IMG/VR virus record: IMGVR_UViG_3300042564_004185
Coordinates: 15,198-79,197 of that record
From: a virus
Taxonomy: Duplodnaviria; Heunggongvirae; Uroviricota; Caudoviricetes
Direction: 5' to 3' (one strand)
Length of the DNA stretch: 64,000 bases
The notes under the pieces were generated by a model that saw nothing but the letters and a program-made list of their open reading frames with translations, ran no database searches and was not told the origin of the DNA. Positions 29,346 to 38,305 of this stretch are shown here, piece after piece (the first letter of the stretch is position 1; every line of letters begins with the position of its first letter). The translations under genes and the position numbers were made by a program.

Positions 29346-29953
29346 TTAATTTTTTTCCTTGCTAATTGTGTTATCGGATGTTGTTCACCAAAGTATTCTA
29401 CAAAAACTTTGATATCAGGCATTATGTCATATTTTAAAAATCGAATCAAGTGTCCCGAGTTGGTCTTTGGTTTTAACCAACTATCTACTTTAGCAATGAT
29501 CCAGTATAGGGGGTTTAATTTTTTAAACCGCTTATTAATAAAGTGTCTATCTTGCAAAGGTACAGAAAATGCAACATGATACATTTGACTTAAATTATTT
29601 TGCCAAAAATAATTACGGTGTTGATCTTTGCTTTCCCATAATTGTTTTAGTAATTGTATCAAGTTAAATTTAGGTAAGGGATAGGGTGAAAAATTCCATG
29701 TGGGTAACTCCTTACTTTTCATAACATCAAGATAGACTAGTCCTAGTATCTCGTCCCTGCTAATAGGAGGTTCAAATTTATCAAGGTGTCTAACTTTCTT
29801 TTTTGCACATTCATTTGCATATCTATAATCAAGAGGAATAAATCCGCCTAACTTTTTAGCTACCGCGCTGTAAAAAAATCCATTATTAGATGAGTACTTG
29901 CCGTCAACGACTTCTTTAACATGAATTCTACCCTGCTTATCGATATAACCCAT
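29342..29953 (-). CDS. hypothetical protein
   Basis: 203-aa ORF. Confidence 0.35.
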   Translation of the reverse strand: MGYIDKQGRIHVKEVVDGKYSSNNGFFYSAVAKKLGGFIPLDYRYANECAKKKVRHLDKFEPPISRDEILGLVYLDVMKSKELPTWNFSPYPLPKFNLIQLLKQLWESKDQHRNYFWQNNLSQMYHVAFSVPLQDRHFINKRFKKLNPLYWIIAKVDSWLKPKTNSGHLIRFLKYDIMPDIKVFVEYFGEQHPITQLARKKIK

Positions 29954-29954
29954 T

Positions 29955-30353
29955 TTACTTTTCCCTTGAAATATATTTTATAAATCTAGCATTTCCTGAA
30001 TTATCTTCAATTCTTGACTGTACTACGTATTTATTATTTTGTTCATCAATTAATTCAACTTCTTTTGTACCAGAAAAGATTAAAACTTTATTCACTGTTA
30101 GTTTCGTCGCCTTCATTCTGGATGATGACAATTCTCTTCCTAGTTTTTTATTATAATTTTCTTTATCAGAGCATCGAGATTTACCAATTGATTTTACGAA
30201 AAATTCACCTTCTTGTAGAGAATTGACGAACCAGCTTGTAAGTTCTTGCATTGCAATTGTTTGTCCTCCTCTCGCCTTAACTCCTTGTTGGTGATGGGAG
30301 AATCCAAAGGTATCCGGTACAAAATTTGGAACTCTTAAATGAAAAAATTGCAT
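29955..30353 (-). CDS. hypothetical protein
   Basis: 132-aa ORF. Confidence 0.35.
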   Translation of the reverse strand: MQFFHLRVPNFVPDTFGFSHHQQGVKARGGQTIAMQELTSWFVNSLQEGEFFVKSIGKSRCSDKENYNKKLGRELSSSRMKATKLTVNKVLIFSGTKEVELIDEQNNKYVVQSRIEDNSGNARFIKYISREK

Positions 30354-30361
30354 ATCACTCC

Positions 30362-30778
30362 TTAAAAATTAACACCGATCGCATGTGTAATTATACCAAC
30401 TGAAATTAAATTATGTACTTCGATTTCGATTGTCTCTGACTTATATAAATTGAAATTATAGTCAATACCGAGAACAGGGGTAAACCCCATAAATTTAGGA
30501 GGTTGTATATTTCTTTTTAAGAAAGCATCATCGTTTGTGTTATAGCCACCTAAAATAAAATTAAAGTTTTCATCTAAATAAGTTGAAGATATCGGTCCTA
30601 ATATGTTTCCACAAGCTGAATCTTTCCCTGATAGGAATCCAATTTTGAAATCCTTATCACCAGCCATTGCAATAACATATTCGTTATGAATTGATCCCTG
30701 TTTGTTAATCAGATTACAATAGTTTAAATTTGATCCTAGATAATGATGTGTAATTCCACCATAGAGAAGACTTATCAT
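30362..30778 (-). CDS. hypothetical protein
   Basis: 138-aa Gly-rich ORF. Confidence 0.3.
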   Translation of the reverse strand: MISLLYGGITHHYLGSNLNYCNLINKQGSIHNEYVIAMAGDKDFKIGFLSGKDSACGNILGPISSTYLDENFNFILGGYNTNDDAFLKRNIQPPKFMGFTPVLGIDYNFNLYKSETIEIEVHNLISVGIITHAIGVNF

Positions 30779-30789
30779 ATATTTCTCCT

Positions 30790-30814
30790 AAAAACCCCGC
30801 TAGGCGGGCGGGGC
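30790..30814 (-). terminator. GC-rich hairpin plus U-run on the minus strand
   Basis: Minus-strand read ccccgcc-cgccta-gcgggg followed by ttttt. The GC stem stands out in an AT-rich genome. Confidence 0.45.
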
Positions 30815-30874
30815 ATGTTTAAAAGGAGGTACGGAGTGAAAGCCGTTTTGCCTATAGATAATTTACCATTGATT

Positions 30875-31408
30875 TTAATATCTGTACATATCAAACTGCA
30901 CTTTTGGACAATTTTTTTTACATTCAAAAAAATCATTCATAAGTACTTGATAGTATTTTGTATAGATCCAAGATGACATTGAGTATGGATTCATTATACT
31001 AACTTTTTCTTCATCCACATGTGGTTTTTTTAAAACACAATGACCTAATTCGTGTATCATTGTTGATTCAATGTGTTCAATTGGTGAATTATTGAAATAC
31101 TTTTCATCAATTACGATAGTATTGCTGATTCTGTTGCATCTTCCAATTGTCACGGATTCTTTTGGTGATAAAACTTCTAAGATTGTTTTTGGAATAGGCA
31201 TAATTAAGTATTTATAGTTTTTCCATCCTGAACAATTCTTTTTATACTTAGAGCATAGGCTAAGAAATGTGTCTATGTAAGGTTGGAGTCTCTTATCTGA
31301 TTTTTTACTCATCGTCTGACATGAGGGTATGAACAAGAATAGAAACAAACTAAGAGTTAAGCCTAAAATAGAGCCTCTTACGAGGCTCCTTATTAATTTA
31401 ATTACCAT
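30875..31408 (-). CDS. secreted small zinc metallopeptidase (zincin, HExxH)
   Basis: N-terminal signal/anchor LGLTLSLFLFLFIPSC, then the HELGHC motif. Confidence 0.5.
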   Translation of the reverse strand: MVIKLIRSLVRGSILGLTLSLFLFLFIPSCQTMSKKSDKRLQPYIDTFLSLCSKYKKNCSGWKNYKYLIMPIPKTILEVLSPKESVTIGRCNRISNTIVIDEKYFNNSPIEHIESTMIHELGHCVLKKPHVDEEKVSIMNPYSMSSWIYTKYYQVLMNDFFECKKNCPKVQFDMYRY

Positions 31409-32579
31409 TTGTTAGTTTACCACTGATTCTCATTAAAGATTCAAGACCTACTGCTGCGAATGGATCTGTTGCACTACCATTACCCCCACCAATAACCATC
31501 ATACTAGGAAGTTTGATACTTGCTAAGTTTTTTGAAACAACATCTGCCTTGCGAACTTCGTATTCTGCTCTTTCTTGGGGTGTCAATCCTGCATTAACTT
31601 TTAGTTGATTAATTCTTGCTTCAGCTTGACCTTTAATCTCACTAGCTCTTGCGTCTTCTTCTGCTTTCTTTTTTTCAAGTTGAGCAACTTCAAATTCTTT
31701 CTGTGCTTTAGTTACTGCCTTAATTTTTTCAACTTCTTCAAGACCTTTAGCGACAGCGACCTCAGCAGCTGCTCTTTCCCTCGCAGTAATCGCATCTTGC
31801 TTTGCTCTTTCAGCGTTAGCTCGTGCAACTACTTTTTGCTGTTCCGCTTCTTTTTTCTTTGCAATCAAATTGTCAATAGTTTCATCGAAATCGATCTCTT
31901 TGATAACTAATTGAAGAATATCAACATTATATCTTTTATGTAGAGGGGTCTTTTTTATTACTCGATTACCGTTCTTATCTTTTACAACGACAATGTTCGT
32001 ATCATTGAATTCATTACCATCTACATCTTTTTCTTTAACTTCATTTGCAATAGTTTCGTACAGTCCTTCTTTAATCTGATCTTCAACTAATGAAGTAAAC
32101 TCGGATCGACGACTTGCGTACGATTCTTCTGCTTTGAACATTGATGCTGTCTGAATCAGTGCTTCCGTTACTGCTTGTTTAATCAGTACGCTCTTTACAG
32201 TATCGTAGCTTTTGTAATCTCGGTGTAAAGATAACTGATCGCCTTCATTTGCACTCAAACGGAAACGCACTGAACCTGAAATCGTTGCTGTACCACCATC
32301 TTGAAATCGAACATTCAATGGTTCTGCTCCATCTTTTTTATCAAAAGAAAAAGAATCAGATACTTGGTATGTTGTAATTGTACCAAAAGCTTGAAGATAT
32401 GTACCTGCTGTTTGACGAACCGACATGCTGCCGCTCATCGCTGCTTGTTTTACCTGATAAAAACCTTCATCATTTGTTTCAAATAAACTAAAGGATGACA
32501 AGCCTAGTGTCAGAAGTAATACTCCGCCACCAATCAAGATTCCCAACTTTTTAAAATTCAACTCATCAAGATCCATCAT
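31398..32579 (-). CDS. SPFH/band-7 (stomatin/HflKC/flotillin-like) membrane protein
   Basis: N-terminal TM, a central SPFH-like core and a long C-terminal Ala/Glu/Lys/Arg-rich coiled coil (KKKEAEQQKVVARANAERAKQDAITARERAAAEVAVAKGLEEVEKIKA) typical of HflK/HflC/YqiK tails. Confidence 0.55.
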   Translation of the reverse strand: MMDLDELNFKKLGILIGGGVLLLTLGLSSFSLFETNDEGFYQVKQAAMSGSMSVRQTAGTYLQAFGTITTYQVSDSFSFDKKDGAEPLNVRFQDGGTATISGSVRFRLSANEGDQLSLHRDYKSYDTVKSVLIKQAVTEALIQTASMFKAEESYASRRSEFTSLVEDQIKEGLYETIANEVKEKDVDGNEFNDTNIVVVKDKNGNRVIKKTPLHKRYNVDILQLVIKEIDFDETIDNLIAKKKEAEQQKVVARANAERAKQDAITARERAAAEVAVAKGLEEVEKIKAVTKAQKEFEVAQLEKKKAEEDARASEIKGQAEARINQLKVNAGLTPQERAEYEVRKADVVSKNLASIKLPSMMVIGGGNGSATDPFAAVGLESLMRISGKLTNGN

Positions 32580-32794
32580 TCCTCCATTTTTTTGAATAGT
32601 CTATCTATTTCTTTTTTGTTTGCTTTGTATTCTTTTATATCTATATTTTTTACTCTCAGAACTTGAAGCTTTAGATCCTTTGCTTCTTCCTCTACTGTTT
32701 CAATCTTAGCTTTTTTTAAAGCTTTCCTCAATAATAAAATAACAAAAAATCCAATTGATAGGAATAAAAGTGTCTCAATGATTACAACTATCAT
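32576..32794 (-). CDS. small N-terminal-TM protein with coiled-coil tail (NfeD-like position upstream of the SPFH gene)
   Basis: 72 aa. Hydrophobic N-terminus IVVIIETLLFLSIGFFVILLL then a K/E-rich tail. Overlaps the SPFH start. Confidence 0.4.
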   Translation of the reverse strand: MIVVIIETLLFLSIGFFVILLLRKALKKAKIETVEEEAKDLKLQVLRVKNIDIKEYKANKKEIDRLFKKMEE

Positions 32795-32921
32795 CTTATC
32801 ACCGCTGATGAAGAACCTTCGAATGTTCGGTGAACAACTTCTTCTTTATTTGGTTCTTCCTTAACAGAAGCACACGACACGAATCCACAGAAAAAGAATA
32901 AAATAGCGATGTTCTTAATAA

Positions 32922-33164
32922 TCATTTTGATTCTCCTATGGTAAGGATACTAGAAGTACTTGATACGTCAGTTACTTCATATGCTGGAATTTGTTTAAAG
33001 AATTTAAGATCATATAACGCTTCGATAAGCGAAGATGGGTCAACCCCTACTTTCATTCCATTTGGAAGCGCAATTACAACCACATTAGATCTCGTTGATG
33101 AAATAGATAGTTCAGTGTCTTCATCTGTTGTTTGAACAAATACAGTTAACTCTTTCCTATTCAT
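32922..33164 (-). CDS. hypothetical protein
   Basis: 80-aa ORF. Confidence 0.3.
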   Translation of the reverse strand: MNRKELTVFVQTTDEDTELSISSTRSNVVVIALPNGMKVGVDPSSLIEALYDLKFFKQIPAYEVTDVSSTSSILTIGESK

Positions 33165-33443
33165 TTAATCTCCTTTTTCTCTTATCTCTTGATTTATATC
33201 AACACCTAAGTTAATAACTTCGGCTCTTGCTTTTTTCTTTGCTTCATCAATCGAAGAAAAATCAAATTCCAAAATTGGTTTTCCTTCTTCAATATCTTTT
33301 ACTATCACTTTTGATGTTTCATAATTAATTTCAATGAAGATAACAACAGCGTCCTTTGTCATCATCAAATTGCTGAATTCAATAAACTCATTTGTTGGAG
33401 ATGATGTATAGCTAATTCTAGTCATCGAACAATCCTTCTCCAT
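33165..33443 (-). CDS. hypothetical protein
   Basis: 92-aa ORF. Confidence 0.3.
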   Translation of the reverse strand: MEKDCSMTRISYTSSPTNEFIEFSNLMMTKDAVVIFIEINYETSKVIVKDIEEGKPILEFDFSSIDEAKKKARAEVINLGVDINQEIREKGD

Positions 33444-33681
33444 GAATTATTATTACTTCTGATTCTTCATCTAAATCATTAAAACAAAATGCAAATCTAT
33501 CCGAGTCAACCCTAGCTACAGGGGACTTGGTTCCTTTAGCTGAATACTCATTTAAAGCAACTTCTGTTGCCAACTGAAATATATCTTCAGCCGACCAATC
33601 TTCAAAGTTCTCATCTTTTTGCATTTCTTCAACCGATTGAACAGTAAAATCCAATAGGTCTTTTAATTTTTTATTTTTCAA
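33418..33681 (-). CDS. hypothetical acidic protein
   Basis: 87-aa ORF. Confidence 0.3.
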   Translation of the reverse strand: MKNKKLKDLLDFTVQSVEEMQKDENFEDWSAEDIFQLATEVALNEYSAKGTKSPVARVDSDRFAFCFNDLDEESEVIIIHGEGLFDD

Positions 33682-33817
33682 AAGACCCTCCTATCTTAAT
33701 CTAACCTATTTTGTTTTTAAAGTAAATTAAAAATAAAACAAATATGATATATGAGTTTGCTAAAATGAATTTAGCTATAAATAACAATGACTTAAATACT
33801 ATCAGTCTGCCTGTGTC

Positions 33818-33844
33818 GGAAAATAATAGAAACAAACTAAAAAG
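33818..33844. repeat. 22-nt motif AATAATAGAAACAAACTAAAAG, intergenic copy 1
   Basis: Near-identical to 40275..40298, with a related copy inside the coding region at 31335..31356. Confidence 0.45.
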
Positions 33845-33849
33845 TAAAA

Positions 33850-34077
33850 TCATAACCAATCCTTTATAACTACAGCAAAGAATGTAGCTAGAGTTGTAAG
33901 AAACAATACCCTCATCATTACAGCGTTAACATAAAAGAATATAACATGATTTCTTATTGGCTTGCCTAATTCTTTTTCGATACTAGCCAAAAAGAGATAT
34001 GAAAAAATCTTATAACAAAAAAAAGAAAAGATACTCAACAAAAGGGACTGGATTTTTAACACTAACCAGATATCCAT
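33850..34077 (-). CDS. small multi-TM membrane protein
   Basis: 75 aa, very hydrophobic. Confidence 0.3.
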   Translation of the reverse strand: MDIWLVLKIQSLLLSIFSFFCYKIFSYLFLASIEKELGKPIRNHVIFFYVNAVMMRVLFLTTLATFFAVVIKDWL

Positions 34078-34411
34078 TTAAACTCCTTGACTAAACCATA
34101 TTTTTAAATCTATAATCTTTACATGGTCAAAAGGTCGGGGCGTGAAAAGAGAGCTAAAGACTTTGATCACTTAATAAATTCAGGTGTTTACATTGTCAGG
34201 GTACAGCTCGACTGTAAGGTAGCGATGTTTCACACAGGACAGAGAGTTAGGGGAATTTACTAACCACATCCTGCTTAAGAGGACAACACCATGTCCCACG
34301 CATTGCGTAAATAAATTGGAATTTATTGAGCGTGTAATCATACGAAAGATTACTAAGTGTCCCTTAGATTCGTAAAGGACACCTAGCAAATGCGAATATT
34401 CTTTAGGTATT
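34078..34411. other. noncoding island B with raised GC; candidate structured RNA
   Basis: About 330 bp. The only ORF is an overlapping 85-aa minus frame with no RBS and odd composition. Contains the gtgtccctt-N8-aaggacac hairpin. Confidence 0.3.
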
Positions 34412-34792
34412 CTATTGTAAATTTCCATCATTATCATCTTTATCTTTTATTTTACTCAGTACTTCTGACACTTCTTCTGGTGTCATACTCAACATGTCAT
34501 CAACTAAATTTGGATTAGTCTTAATTTCTTCCATCAGTAATTGAATATGTTCTTTAATTTCAGGTGAATCTCTAAATGCTTTATACTCCTCATTCAATGA
34601 CTTACACATAGCATCGATTTTAATAAATGGATTCTCCATTAACTTTTTAACCTTTTCTAATTTTTCATGATCATCAAGTGTATCTAATTCTTCAGATACT
34701 TCTTTCAGGATTGCTCTACCAATCATCGTTAGTGAGTCTTGTAATTGGGTCTTAAACAAATCAAGTGCAAAAATTAAATTATCATTCTCCAT
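34412..34792 (-). CDS. acidic hypothetical protein
   Basis: 126-aa ORF. Confidence 0.35.
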   Translation of the reverse strand: MENDNLIFALDLFKTQLQDSLTMIGRAILKEVSEELDTLDDHEKLEKVKKLMENPFIKIDAMCKSLNEEYKAFRDSPEIKEHIQLLMEEIKTNPNLVDDMLSMTPEEVSEVLSKIKDKDDNDGNLQ

Positions 34793-35369
34793 TAAATACT
34801 CCCTCTTTTATAAAAGTTATGTTATTATTTCTTATGTACGTTTTTAAAACATTCATCCATTTTCTTGCATCATCCATCCTACTAGGCTCGATAATTGATT
34901 CTACTGCTATCACTATTTCCTCCCAAGGTAAGCGATATCTAGAAGAATTTGTTATTAAATACTTATTGAAAGCCTTCGCATTACATCCCTTACTTGTACC
35001 AAAAAATGTCAAACTAAATATCATGGCAATTGACTCTGCTATCTGTTCTTCTAATTTACTTATCTCTGGAAAGGATCTTCTAGGAGAGTTATCAAACAGT
35101 CTATTCCATCGGTTGGTATACAGACAGGTAGAGTGTCCGATCTCGTGCAATAGTAAATTAATAAATCTTTCAGATGTTGAATGTTCAGCAGCGAACGGTA
35201 GTATGGTTACATAATGTCCTTCAAAGTAATAAAGTCCAGCATACTTATTTGACATAGCTTCATCTATCATGAACTTAGGTAATAAATCTTCTCTGAACAT
35301 ACTATAAATACCGAGGGAATCGATTAATGTTTTCTTCTCGGGAAAATCATGTAACCATTCACTGTTCAT
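34782..35369 (-). CDS. ArdC-C-terminal-like zincin metallopeptidase
   Basis: LLLHEIGHSTCLYTNRWNRL resembles the ArdC/DUF1738 HExxH-T-G...R-L-x-R signature. It lacks the ArdC N-terminal ssDNA-binding domain. Confidence 0.45.
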   Translation of the reverse strand: MNSEWLHDFPEKKTLIDSLGIYSMFREDLLPKFMIDEAMSNKYAGLYYFEGHYVTILPFAAEHSTSERFINLLLHEIGHSTCLYTNRWNRLFDNSPRRSFPEISKLEEQIAESIAMIFSLTFFGTSKGCNAKAFNKYLITNSSRYRLPWEEIVIAVESIIEPSRMDDARKWMNVLKTYIRNNNITFIKEGVFNGE

Positions 35370-35444
35370 CTTGATCCTCCTCTTTTTGTTTTATATCTTT
35401 TAAAATTTCTTCAATAATTAATATGTCAATTGGATTAATTGTAA

Positions 35445-36305
35445 TCATAGTGTCTCTCCGCAGTTAGGACAGTAATTAAAACTTGATACATCAAATTCAC
35501 CACAAGCGGGGCAATCGAAAGACTTCTCTTCATCATCCTCAAACTCAACTTCAGGAAGTTCGTAAGAAGAAGGTACAAGAGGTTTACTAATGAGTCCTTG
35601 TGATTCAGCAACAACCTTGAAGCGACATACCCGCATCTTAGTACCATTGTAATCAGTAGGTACAGCAACAACATCTGATGGACTTACTTCGACATCTAGT
35701 AGTTTGTCATCTCCAGATGCGAAGCTCTGAGCATAACACAATGTTGCAACATGAAGACCATGTGAACATGTGTTGTTTGGATTGTCATCTACTTTGGATC
35801 TATTAATCTCAACGATATTACCAACTGAGTTATCCATCTTACCTGTATGTTTATCAAGGAAGTCATTACGTACTGCACGATATGCAATGAAGTTACCTTC
35901 AGAAGTAATGGGATGACCATTGTGTTCAAGAAACTTATAAAGCATCTGTCTACTATTAAAGCTAGGATTAGTTTTTAACTTAGCCCAGAACTTTAATAGA
36001 GGCTCGAAAGGTAAGTTATTATTAAAGAAGTCAAGCACCCTAGCTGACAATGAATCAGGTAAAGCATCGCCATCAACATGAACTATTCCGTCAATAACTT
36101 GGAAACCTCGCTCACTAAGAGAGTCAGCAATAGACAACAAAGGAATAATCTCGTCAAGTTTTCCCTCCTTGATTTTTTGAATGACCTGATCGTAACGCCC
36201 ATCTGCTTTGTTAATTGTAGTGGTCTTCCCTTCGTGGTTAAGAATAAGACTTTGAGGTAAAATGATATAGTTCATACTAAGCTCCCATATATACGAGTTG
36301 ATCAT
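35445..36305 (-). CDS. hypothetical protein with C-terminal double CPxCG zinc ribbon; partner of the GHKL ATPase
   Basis: 286 aa ending in CPACGEF...CPNCGE. Sits 120 nt downstream of the GHKL gene on the same strand. Confidence 0.4.
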   Translation of the reverse strand: MINSYIWELSMNYIILPQSLILNHEGKTTTINKADGRYDQVIQKIKEGKLDEIIPLLSIADSLSERGFQVIDGIVHVDGDALPDSLSARVLDFFNNNLPFEPLLKFWAKLKTNPSFNSRQMLYKFLEHNGHPITSEGNFIAYRAVRNDFLDKHTGKMDNSVGNIVEINRSKVDDNPNNTCSHGLHVATLCYAQSFASGDDKLLDVEVSPSDVVAVPTDYNGTKMRVCRFKVVAESQGLISKPLVPSSYELPEVEFEDDEEKSFDCPACGEFDVSSFNYCPNCGETL

Positions 36306-36425
36306 ATACTTTATTGAGTGTTGTAATCATTTGTTCCACTTCTTGTTGTTGATCGAAGCAATCACTGTCTTGTTTATAACGATATAACTCTTCAATGACA
36401 CTTCCTAGTTCTAAAAGTAAGTCAT

Positions 36426-38297
36426 TCATGTATTCTCCTTAGATTGTTTATTGATTTCCTTAATTAAAATATCAATGTGATCGTGTTGGTAATGAGCAAT
36501 CCCACAAAGAACTTTAATGAGAGGATACTTAGTTTGTAGTTTTTCGTATTCAATATTCATTGCATCAAACTCTTTATTTAGATCAGGAAAATTAGTTAAT
36601 AAATAGTTTCTTAAGTCGTTTGATATTGTTGTTCTCTTAAACTTCTTAAGAACATTTATCTTATCCCAACTATGAGGTAGATTACGAAACCCTAAAACCT
36701 CTGCTTTATTTTTAGACAACAAATACTTTTTACCCTGCTCAAGCGTCATACCCCTCTTAAGTACTAAGTCTTTATTACATTTAGGAATAATAATTACGTC
36801 GATATACTTAGCTATAGCACCAACTTCTGGAGTTATCTCTTCAGCAAATACCACAGGTAGGGAATGAGTGTTCAGTTTCTCTATAGTCCATTGAACTCTA
36901 GTACCTTGCTCACTAACTGCCCAACATACTGCATCTCTAGTACTCTTTTGTGTACGTTGAGAGGACTTCTTGGGTGGTAAAGGTAGAGTGTCAGCATTGA
37001 TACGTTCAGTGAAAATAATATCATTGTTAGGTACAATTGAGATATCCGTATCTCTAACTAGTGTACAATCTTTATTAGACTCAAGGTAGTGATTCAGTTT
37101 TCTTGCGAGTTTATTGTCAGGCTCCGTACTGGAATAGATAACTGTATTTACTGCAAGGTTAGTTCTATTATCAATCTCGAAGTGATATGTGCCTCTTCTT
37201 CCTCGTCGGCAATAACGATAATTGATTGCTTTAGGTAGGTAAACAGTGTCATTCGCTATTTCATATCCTTTACCTAACTGGATACGTTCTCTTTTAATTT
37301 TATCAAAGCCAGAGTAAGTTTGTTTATTTTTAATTTTTTCTGGAAGACTTAGTGTATAGATATTAATCTTATGTTTAAGTACTCCATCAATCAAATCTTT
37401 ACAAGTATTTAATATTGCATTTTGCTTGGCTTTGTTATCATCATTATTTTCAAGACGTTCTCTCGATGATGCAATCTTGAAGCGACCATTAGGAACATTG
37501 ATTGCTACTGTATGTCTGTCTGAGTGTAACATATTATCATAGCTACTTCTAAGTCGATAGTAATTATTTGGTTCATCATTCATTAGATCGTATTCAATCC
37601 CATCAATCAAAAAGATTGTACGTGCAGGATGAGCTTCTTCATATACTGACATGTCACCGAGCGTCAGTGTTGGTTTAAGTTGGAATATATTTTTAGTTCC
37701 GTAAAACTTAATAGGCTCTGACCAAAACTTAACGCACCGTTGAACTGCATTATAAAACTCTACTATATCCTTAGGCTTAACACCGATACTAATCTCAACT
37801 CCATTAGGTTGAGTTGTATTGTTCTGAGTTATAAGATTAACTCCCCCCTCATCACCGAGGTGAGCAACATACAAGTAACTTACCCCATTATAAAATGATG
37901 TTACCGTAAAACTATCAGTATAAGAGAAAGCTGACTTAGCACCGATACCGAAGCCACCAGTCTGAGTATTAGTGTTACGCTTAGTCGATGAACCATAGTT
38001 CACAAAAACACTAGCCATACGATCAGGTGATATACCAACCCCGAAGTCACGCACTTTAAATACAGGATCGAGAGTGGTAGGTACAGTGATCTCGATAGGT
38101 AGTTTACCCCATGTACCTGCTTCACGCATAGCATCACGACCGTTACAGATATACTCTTGCACTAAAGTACGAATTGGATACGCATATAACTTAGAAAGAA
38201 TATCTACAACTAGTCGAATATCAGAGATACCAAAGTTCAATGCTTTACTTGGTTGCACGTTTGAATCAATTTTAATAGCTGTGTTATTTATAATCAT
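36426..38297 (-). CDS. GHKL/Bergerat-fold ATPase (Hsp90/MutL/MORC-like N-terminal domain) with large uncharacterised C-terminal region
   Basis: N-box TLVQEYICNGRDA (compare Hsp90 LRELISNASDA), G1 box RDFGVGIS, G2 box GGFGIGAKSAF. No Toprim or histidine-kinase motifs seen in the C-terminal 400 aa. Confidence 0.6.
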   Translation of the reverse strand: MIINNTAIKIDSNVQPSKALNFGISDIRLVVDILSKLYAYPIRTLVQEYICNGRDAMREAGTWGKLPIEITVPTTLDPVFKVRDFGVGISPDRMASVFVNYGSSTKRNTNTQTGGFGIGAKSAFSYTDSFTVTSFYNGVSYLYVAHLGDEGGVNLITQNNTTQPNGVEISIGVKPKDIVEFYNAVQRCVKFWSEPIKFYGTKNIFQLKPTLTLGDMSVYEEAHPARTIFLIDGIEYDLMNDEPNNYYRLRSSYDNMLHSDRHTVAINVPNGRFKIASSRERLENNDDNKAKQNAILNTCKDLIDGVLKHKINIYTLSLPEKIKNKQTYSGFDKIKRERIQLGKGYEIANDTVYLPKAINYRYCRRGRRGTYHFEIDNRTNLAVNTVIYSSTEPDNKLARKLNHYLESNKDCTLVRDTDISIVPNNDIIFTERINADTLPLPPKKSSQRTQKSTRDAVCWAVSEQGTRVQWTIEKLNTHSLPVVFAEEITPEVGAIAKYIDVIIIPKCNKDLVLKRGMTLEQGKKYLLSKNKAEVLGFRNLPHSWDKINVLKKFKRTTISNDLRNYLLTNFPDLNKEFDAMNIEYEKLQTKYPLIKVLCGIAHYQHDHIDILIKEINKQSKENT

Positions 38298-38305
38298 AGA
38301 TCCTC

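Noticed and set aside
34180-34437. 85-aa minus ORF within island B
   Set aside because: Overlaps the next gene start, has no RBS and atypical composition. More likely noncoding.
36426-38297. Interpreting the GHKL protein as a T4-type topoisomerase II ATPase subunit
   Set aside because: No Toprim or transducer motifs are recognisable and no GyrA-like cleavage subunit is in the window. Kept as an unexplained GHKL ATPase instead.
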